Shown one piece after another: positions 58,089 through 64,000 of a stretch of DNA of 64,000 nucleotides. This DNA is from Desulforegulaceae bacterium. Lineage in GTDB: Bacteria; Desulfobacterota; Desulfobacteria; Desulfobacterales; JACKCP01. The notes below the pieces were generated by a model that made no database searches, was not told the DNA's origin, and worked only from the letters and a program-made list of their open reading frames with translations. Position 1 is the stretch's first letter; each line of letters begins with the position of its first letter. A program made the translations under genes and the position numbers. The stretch spans positions 69,913 to 133,912 of the forward strand of contig JAVERC010000005.1 of assembly GCA_034007295.1 (NCBI GenBank), written 5' to 3'.

Positions 58089-58772
58089 TTATTCCCTGTT
58101 AAGTTTTTTCCATATTGATATTGCTTCTGTCATTGCTGTAAATATGAGGTTGTCAGGATTTTTATTGCCAGATAAAACAAGTTTTAAGTCGTTGTAATAT
58201 TTGATTGATGAAACCCTTGCATCATTCAGTTTGAAATATTCCTGTCCAAAAAATAAAAATAAAGGCCTAAATTCATTGTAAACAAGTTTGTAGACTCTGT
58301 TTTCAGACAGCTCCACAATTTTTTCCTGAAGCCTCCAGTCATAATGGGTAAACTCTTTTGAGGATGAATCCATATCTGGAATATCAATTTCCATTATCAA
58401 CTTGAAATCAGTCAGATTTTTATTAAAGGCTGTATTTGCACAAATTGGAAGAATTCCTGCTCTAACTTCAAGAAGTTCAATAATCAGTGGGAAAGGGAAA
58501 AGATCCTTGTTTTCATTGAGTCCTGTAAGAATTCCAAGGCCTCCTTCGTCCCAGAAATTTTTAACAGTTGAAGGCTTTCCGTGCTTTATTGCAATCCATC
58601 CTTCTTTTTCCATGAGCTTTAAGACTTCTCTTAATGTAGCCCTTGTAACTCCAAGATATTCCGATAAATTTCTTTCTGAAGGCAGGTTTATCCCTGGTTT
58701 CCACTCACCCTGAATGATTTTTCTTATAATTTCTCTTCTGGCATGTGCTGCTGGTTTGATTGGTTTTTCCAT
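58089..58772 (-). CDS. GntR-family (FadR-like) transcriptional regulator
   Basis: N-terminal wHTH LPSERNLSEYLGVTRATLREVLKLME. First gene of the glpD operon. Confidence 0.85.
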   Translation of the reverse strand: MEKPIKPAAHARREIIRKIIQGEWKPGINLPSERNLSEYLGVTRATLREVLKLMEKEGWIAIKHGKPSTVKNFWDEGGLGILTGLNENKDLFPFPLIIELLEVRAGILPICANTAFNKNLTDFKLIMEIDIPDMDSSSKEFTHYDWRLQEKIVELSENRVYKLVYNEFRPLFLFFGQEYFKLNDARVSSIKYYNDLKLVLSGNKNPDNLIFTAMTEAISIWKKLNRE

Positions 58773-58929
58773 ATAGTCTCCAAATTTCTTTTCTGGTATG
58801 AGGTCATACCAGTTTTTTAAAGATAAATCAAATCCAAATTAAAATTTTAATCAGGAATTTATATTTTGAATTAAACTTAAAGCATTTGTTATATATGGAT
58901 TGTGGGTTAAAAATCGCTAGAATTTAAAA

Positions 58930-59067
58930 TTAGTTGCTTACCGAAAATGGCCTTTTTTCCAATTCTCAAGTCAGATTCAAAATTTAAACCTCAAAATAAT
59001 GGATAAATCCTAAAGATTAAATTTCCCTTGAACTTAACAAAAAAAAGAATTTTTTTGGTCAATCACA
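58930..59067 (-). repeat. repeat family 1, full-length divergent copy (copy 11)
   Basis: attagttgcttaccgaaaatggccttttttccaattctcaagtcagattcaaaatttaaacctcaaaata...ttttttggtcaatcac. Ends 2 nt from the CheZ-like stop. Confidence 0.7.
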
Positions 59068-59069
59068 AA

Positions 59070-59747
59070 TTAGTCAATTCCATATTCTGCAAGCAAAGCA
59101 TCAATATTTTTCTGGGATATTTTTTCCTGTACTTCTTTTTTAATAACTTCGCAATCAAGATCAGGATTAGCTTCCTTGCTTTTGAGCATAAGATTGTGGG
59201 ATACGTATAATTTATTTATTATCTCTTCAATGTTTTTTATGAATTCAATGACTTTTTTTATTTGCTGCCCAATAATATCTTGAAAACTAAGAGCTGTTAA
59301 AATTTCAACCATATTGTTGTTTATACTATCAAAAAAAAATTTTCTATCTTCATTATTGCTAAGCCAGTCTTTTTGATCTGCTTTTGCAATCAGATCAATT
59401 TGTTTTTCAACTATGTCCATGACAGTAAATGTTGCATCTTCTGTCTTAGAATAGATTCCTGAGAGTTTGTCTGCTGCGTAATGAAATATATCGCCTGGTG
59501 CTTCATCATTATCATGATATTTTTGTATACCTGTAGAGTTTTTGAGATTTTGAATTTCATTAATCAACTGAGTAAGGCCACTTTGAACTTCATTTGTCAT
59601 TGATTGATAAAATTCCCCGTCGGATAAAGCTTTCCCCAGGGCTTTTCGAACTTCTTTTTCAATAGAAGCTTCAAGGGTTTCTTTGACAGTTTTACTTATG
59701 TGCTCGTTTAATTTGTTTGCTATGGTTGTAAGAATTTCTTCTTCCAT
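59070..59747 (-). CDS. CheZ-like chemotaxis phosphatase
   Basis: LSFQDIIGQQIKKV matches the CheZ catalytic segment (E. coli DFQDLTGQVIKR). Start uncertain (ATG 59747 chosen, and the longer ORF would overlap the upstream gene). Confidence 0.6.
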   Translation of the reverse strand: MEEEILTTIANKLNEHISKTVKETLEASIEKEVRKALGKALSDGEFYQSMTNEVQSGLTQLINEIQNLKNSTGIQKYHDNDEAPGDIFHYAADKLSGIYSKTEDATFTVMDIVEKQIDLIAKADQKDWLSNNEDRKFFFDSINNNMVEILTALSFQDIIGQQIKKVIEFIKNIEEIINKLYVSHNLMLKSKEANPDLDCEVIKKEVQEKISQKNIDALLAEYGID

Positions 59748-59754
59748 AAAAATA

Positions 59755-60588
59755 TCAGCCCAAAAATTTTTGCATGTTAAAAAAAGAGTATCCTCTATTG
59801 CCTGTTTTTGCTTCATACATTGCTGCATCTGCTTTTTTTATAAGTTCCTTTACATTATCCCCATCGTCTGGGAAAATTGAAATTCCTATGCTTGCAGAAA
59901 CACTTACTTCCAGGTCTCCAATATTAATAGGCCTTTCAATGATTTTTAAAATTCTTTTAGCTCCAAGAGATGCATGAATTGCTTCTTTAAGTTCAGAAAG
60001 AGCTAGTATAAATTCATCGCCTCCAAATCTGGCAACAGTATCAGTTTTTCTTAAGCAGTTTTTCATTCGATCGGAAATAACTTTAAGCACAATATCTCCT
60101 GCTTTATGACCATAGGTATCATTTACAGGCTTAAAACCGTTCAGGTCAAGAAAAATCACTGCCATTTTTTGGTTGTGCCTTTCGCATCTGTAAATTAGCT
60201 GGGTAACCCTGTCAAAAAAGATTTGCCTTGTAGGAAGTCCTGTTAGAATATCAATGTGCTGGCTGCTTGCATTGATTTTGATTGGAGTAAAAACCAGATA
60301 GATTTCCTGTGTTTTTTCGTTATAAAGTGATTTGACAAATCTTGTCTGGCCAAACAGCCGGCATTTCTGGGTTTCAACCTTGTTTTGTTTAATCTGTTCA
60401 AAGAAAAGGTTTAGGTCTTTAAAAGTTTCAAGAGCTATTACTTCCTGTATATTTTTATTTAGAAGAGTATCTCCGTCAGCTGATTCTGCCATTGTTTTGT
60501 TATAATATATTATTTGACAGCTGCTGTTTATGATACACATTTCAAGTGGTATAATTTTATGAAATAATTCGTATTGTGGGTATCTCAT
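59755..60588 (-). CDS. diguanylate cyclase (PAS-like N-terminus plus GGDEF)
   Basis: GGDEF domain with RFGGDEFIL, DxLTGLPTR linker and FLDLNGFKPVND. Confidence 0.85.
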   Translation of the reverse strand: MRYPQYELFHKIIPLEMCIINSSCQIIYYNKTMAESADGDTLLNKNIQEVIALETFKDLNLFFEQIKQNKVETQKCRLFGQTRFVKSLYNEKTQEIYLVFTPIKINASSQHIDILTGLPTRQIFFDRVTQLIYRCERHNQKMAVIFLDLNGFKPVNDTYGHKAGDIVLKVISDRMKNCLRKTDTVARFGGDEFILALSELKEAIHASLGAKRILKIIERPINIGDLEVSVSASIGISIFPDDGDNVKELIKKADAAMYEAKTGNRGYSFFNMQKFLG

Positions 60589-60790
60589 TTTAGTCCAGGT
60601 AAATTATTGTTTAGAAAAAGGTTTATATTTGAAGATGATAGCTTTAAAAAGTAATTAGATCAAATTTAAAGATTTATTTTTTTTGATATGATAGCAAATT
60701 GATAAATAAATTAAAGTTTTTTTGTTTAAGACCAAATTGAAAATAATGTATTTTTTATCTGCCTTCTAAAAATTATAAATTGGAGGAAAT

Positions 60791-61600
60791 ATGTTTTTTG
60801 AAACAATAAAATATGATCTGATTGATAAAACAGCAGTGATTACCCTGAATAGACCGGAAAGAATGAATGCAGTGTGTGAGGAAATGTATGATGAACTTCA
60901 GGCTGTTTTTAATAGTATTGAGGCTGATAAAAATGTCAATTGCGTAATTATCAAGGGTAGTCCCTATATGAAAAATGAAATTTTAAAATATTCATTTTGT
61001 GCAGGAGCAGATTTAAAAAAACATAAGGAAGGAAAACGTACCCATAGCGATAAGAGAAAATATATTGAAAAAGCACATTTAGTTAACAAAAAAATATTTG
61101 AATTTCAAAAACCTGTTATAGCCTGCTTAAATGGACATGCAAGGGGTGCGGGTGTAGAACTTGCTCTTTGCTGTGACTTTATAATTATTGGAGAAGAGGC
61201 AACAATTGCTTTTCCTGAAACTGGTCTTGGAACTTTTGTAGGCGGTGGTGTTACCTGGATTCTTCCCCGTATTGTAGGTTTGATGGAGGCAAAAAATCTT
61301 ATTTTTACAGGTAAGGTTTTAAATGGAGTTGAAGCTGTAGAAAAAGGTCTGGCTTTGTTTTCTTGTAAAATTGACAATGTTTATGATAAAACCCTTGAAT
61401 TTGCTATGAATTTTGGAAACAGGGCACCTGTATCAGTTGGCTACGGTAAAAAACTTCTTAACAAATCATGGCAGTTTGATTATGAAACATCCTCAAATTT
61501 AGAAGCAGACGCTATTTTATCCTGCATGGATACAAAGGACTGGCAGGAAGGAATTGATGCCTTTAATGAAAAAAGAAAACCTGTTTATAAGGGGGAATAA
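60791..61600 (+). CDS. enoyl-CoA hydratase/isomerase family protein
   Basis: Crotonase fold: VITLNRPERMNA, FCAGADL and PVIACLNGHARGAGVELAL. Confidence 0.85.
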   Translation: MFFETIKYDLIDKTAVITLNRPERMNAVCEEMYDELQAVFNSIEADKNVNCVIIKGSPYMKNEILKYSFCAGADLKKHKEGKRTHSDKRKYIEKAHLVNKKIFEFQKPVIACLNGHARGAGVELALCCDFIIIGEEATIAFPETGLGTFVGGGVTWILPRIVGLMEAKNLIFTGKVLNGVEAVEKGLALFSCKIDNVYDKTLEFAMNFGNRAPVSVGYGKKLLNKSWQFDYETSSNLEADAILSCMDTKDWQEGIDAFNEKRKPVYKGE

Positions 61601-63738
61601 TGGATTATTCCAGAATTTTTAAACCTGATTCTGTGGCAATAATAGGAGCTTCAAGAGATGAAACCAAAAGAGGGTTTAGAGCAGTGTCCACTCTTCTTGA
61701 AGAAAGGTATGAAGGTGCAATTTATCCTGTAAATCCCAGAGAAAAAAGAATTCTTGGATTAAGATGTTATCCGAGTGTTCTGGCGGTAAAGGAAAAAATT
61801 GACCTTGCTCTGATTACTCTTCCTGCAGATAAAGTTCTTAACGCAGTTTATGAATGCGGAGAAAAAGGTGTTGCAGGTGTTATAATAATTGCCGGAGGTT
61901 TTGGAGAAATTGGCAATCTTGGAAAATCCAAGGAAGTTGAGCTGGTTGAGACTGCCAAAAAATATGGGATGAGGATTATTGGACCAAATACTTCAGGATT
62001 TATAAATGTAGGAATAAATCTAGATCTTGTGGGAATAAAAGATGTCCCAAAGGGCAAAATAGCACTTTTAACACAGAGCGGGAATATAGCTCTTCATATG
62101 ATTACTGAAGCAAAGCTTAAGAGCATGTCGGGTTTTTCATACTATGTAGGCGTTGGAAATGAGGCAGACCTTCAGTTTTATGAATATTTAAAGTTTTTTG
62201 CAGATGACCCTGATACAAATACGATTCTTATGTATGTTGAAGGATTGAGAAATGGAAGGGAATTTTTAAAACAGGCATACAATACTACACTTAAAAAACC
62301 GGTTGTAATGCTTAAAAGCGGCAGGTCAAGTTCAGGAAAAATGGCTGTTGGCTCACACACTGGAGCCCTTGCCGGAATTTCTGAAGTCGCAAGAAATGCT
62401 TTTAGAAGAGTAGGTATAATAAATATAGAAAAATCAGAGGAGCTTTTTCCTGTTGCAGAATCCTTGTCATCGCTTCCTCCAATAAAAAATAATAATGTTG
62501 CAGTTCTTGCAGATGGAGGAGGACATGCAACGATATCTGCAGATACTCTTACAGACCTTGGAGTGAATATTCCTGTTTTAAGTGCTGAAACCCAGAAAAA
62601 ATTAAAAGCAATTCTTCCAAACAATGCAAATGTTTCAAATCCAGTTGATGTTGCAGGTGGTACAGATTCTGATCCTGGAGTATTTGCAGAGTGTGCCAAA
62701 ATTTTGATATCTGATCCAAATGTTGGAGGAATTCTTATAGCAGGTCTTTTTGGGGGGTATGGGATAAGATTTGCCGAAAAACTTAAATTTGCAGAAGAAG
62801 ATGCAGCCCACAGAATGGGTAAAATGGTTGAAAAATACAAAAAACCAATTGTGCTTCAAAGTCTGTACAATTTTGCAAAACCCCATTCTCTGGACCTTTT
62901 AAGATATTATGGAATTCCAGTTTATGACTCTCTTGATATAGCATGCAAAGTAATATCTTCTCTTTCAGCCTATGGGATTTATCTTGATTCCTACCATAAA
63001 AAAACCAATTTTGTTATGAAATGGGGAGCAAAGGCTAGAAAAAAAGGGGAAAAAATTATTGAAAAAGCATATCTTGATAAAAGAAATGTTCTGCTTGAGC
63101 ATGAGGCAAAGGAGCTGCTAAAAGAACATAAAATAGTCGTCAAGTCAGAAAAGGTTGTAAAATCAGCTGATGAAGCAGTTAATTTTTCGAAGGGAAAACC
63201 CCTTGGAGTTGCTTTAAAAATTGTATCCCCTGATATTTTGCATAAAAGTGATGCAGGCGGAGTCAAACTCAATCTAAAAACAGAAGATGAAATAAGAAAC
63301 GGTTTTAATGAAATAATTGAAAATGCCGGAAAATATAAATTTGAACCAGATATTCGAGGCGTTTTGGTTTCAGAAATGGTTAGACCCGGAACTGAGGTAA
63401 TAATTGGAACAAAATTTGATGACCAATTCGGCCCTGTAATTATGTTTGGAATAGGCGGAATTCTTGTTGAGGTTGTTAAAGATGTATCTTTCAGGGTTCT
63501 ACCAATTCAAAAATATGAAGCAAATAGAATGATTTCTGAAATTAAATCTTCTCCCATACTTGACGGAGTAAGAGGACAGCCCCAGGTCGATAAAAAGGCT
63601 CTTGTTAATCTTTTAGTAACTGTATCAGATATAGTTGAAGCCTATCCTCAGATTAGAGAAATGGACCTTAACCCTGTTATTTTAAGGGAAGATGGTTTTG
63701 ATATTGTTGACGCAAGGATAATTCTTAATGAACCTTGA
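61600..63738 (+). CDS. ADP-forming acyl-CoA synthetase (CoA-binding, succinyl-CoA-ligase-like and ATP-grasp domains fused)
   Basis: N-terminal FKPDSVAIIGAS CoA-binding motif, phosphohistidine segment GSHTGALAG and C-terminal ATP-grasp domain. TAATG coupling to the upstream gene. Confidence 0.85.
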   Translation: MDYSRIFKPDSVAIIGASRDETKRGFRAVSTLLEERYEGAIYPVNPREKRILGLRCYPSVLAVKEKIDLALITLPADKVLNAVYECGEKGVAGVIIIAGGFGEIGNLGKSKEVELVETAKKYGMRIIGPNTSGFINVGINLDLVGIKDVPKGKIALLTQSGNIALHMITEAKLKSMSGFSYYVGVGNEADLQFYEYLKFFADDPDTNTILMYVEGLRNGREFLKQAYNTTLKKPVVMLKSGRSSSGKMAVGSHTGALAGISEVARNAFRRVGIINIEKSEELFPVAESLSSLPPIKNNNVAVLADGGGHATISADTLTDLGVNIPVLSAETQKKLKAILPNNANVSNPVDVAGGTDSDPGVFAECAKILISDPNVGGILIAGLFGGYGIRFAEKLKFAEEDAAHRMGKMVEKYKKPIVLQSLYNFAKPHSLDLLRYYGIPVYDSLDIACKVISSLSAYGIYLDSYHKKTNFVMKWGAKARKKGEKIIEKAYLDKRNVLLEHEAKELLKEHKIVVKSEKVVKSADEAVNFSKGKPLGVALKIVSPDILHKSDAGGVKLNLKTEDEIRNGFNEIIENAGKYKFEPDIRGVLVSEMVRPGTEVIIGTKFDDQFGPVIMFGIGGILVEVVKDVSFRVLPIQKYEANRMISEIKSSPILDGVRGQPQVDKKALVNLLVTVSDIVEAYPQIREMDLNPVILREDGFDIVDARIILNEP

Positions 63739-63792
63739 ACTGCAAACAGCTTTTTTTAGATAAAAGCTTTTCAACATAGTAAGGAGAGGCTT

Positions 63793-64000
63793 ATGTATAG
63801 TGAGATAATTTTTGAAAAAAAAAACAGGACAGCAGTAATTACTTTAAACCGTCCTGATAAAAACAATGTTGTCACAGGTGAAAAAATAATTTTTGAATTA
63901 GAAAGTGCTGTAAAAGAAATAAATACAGACAAGTCTATATCAGTTGCTGTTTTGTGTGCAAACGGCAAGGTTTTTTCAGCAGGCGGTGACTTGAATTCAA
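63793..64000 (+). CDS. enoyl-CoA hydratase/isomerase family protein, N-terminal part (runs off the window)
   Basis: ATG at 63793 after AAGGAGAGG. MYSEIIFEKKNRTAVITLNRPDKNN...FSAGGDL crotonase signature. Confidence 0.8.
   Translation, partial: MYSEIIFEKKNRTAVITLNRPDKNNVVTGEKIIFELESAVKEINTDKSISVAVLCANGKVFSAGGDLNS

Noticed and set aside
14049-59067. Possibility that the recurring ~150-bp and ~45-bp repeats are a CRISPR array
   Set aside because: Copies are dispersed over 45 kb in both orientations and separated by whole genes. They are not short direct repeats with regular 30-40-bp spacers, and no cas genes are present.
62178-62840. 220-aa minus-strand ORF, plus similar long antisense ORFs at 49630-50121, 57724-58197, 12994-13362 and 51435-51770
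   Set aside because: All lie fully inside well-supported genes on the opposite strand. They have biased, low-complexity composition and lack RBS or motifs, so I treat them as frame shadows.
63771-63968. 65-aa minus-strand ORF at the window end
   Set aside because: It is antisense to a clear crotonase-family N-terminus that has a strong AAGGAGAGG RBS.
1-64000. tRNA, rRNA or tmRNA genes
   Set aside because: I scanned all intergenic spacers by eye. None has the GC-rich acceptor/T-arm pattern, and every spacer is AT-rich or occupied by repeat elements. A tRNAscan/Infernal run is still needed to be sure.

Overview
AT-rich (by eye about one-third GC) chromosomal segment from a Gram-negative anaerobe. 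The gene content (BamD, monomeric IDH, archaeal-type ProRS, HDOD/GGDEF/EAL signalling, Fe-S/CoA metabolism) suggests a Desulfobacterota-like organism, but that is an inference. Most of the window is housekeeping and signalling: thiolase, rsgA, rarA, der, Fe-ADH, hybrid kinase, OYE reductase, icd, queF, ispG, proS, rel/spoT, rpmB, bamD-trxB-trxA, purN, MCP, BCCT transporter, a glpD/FGGY/FAD-oxidase operon and an acyl-CoA cluster. The outstanding region is a ~14 kb accessory island (about 14.2-28.1 kb) just 3' of icd. It holds one seven-gene, translationally coupled minus-strand operon (14715-27371). In order, the operon encodes a DUF499-type ATPase, a small partner protein, a DUF1156-type DPPY DNA methyltransferase, a DUF262 (DGLQR) protein, an ABC/SMC-like ATPase, a 326-aa orphan and a PLD-like/SNF2 helicase. 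I read it as a methylation-associated defence core with a three-gene DUF262/ATPase/orphan module nested inside. That composite may be undescribed. The far end of the island carries a ~70-bp relic of an internal icd segment, pointing to icd-associated acquisition. No integrase is present. The window is also unusually rich in two intergenic repeat families. One is a ~150-bp MITE-like element with ~35-bp imperfect terminal inverted repeats, with full, ~45-bp short, truncated and nested forms. The other is a ~190-bp structured repeat abutting gene 3' ends. I saw no tRNA, rRNA or CRISPR array. All protein calls rest on motifs read from the supplied translations, and no database search was possible.
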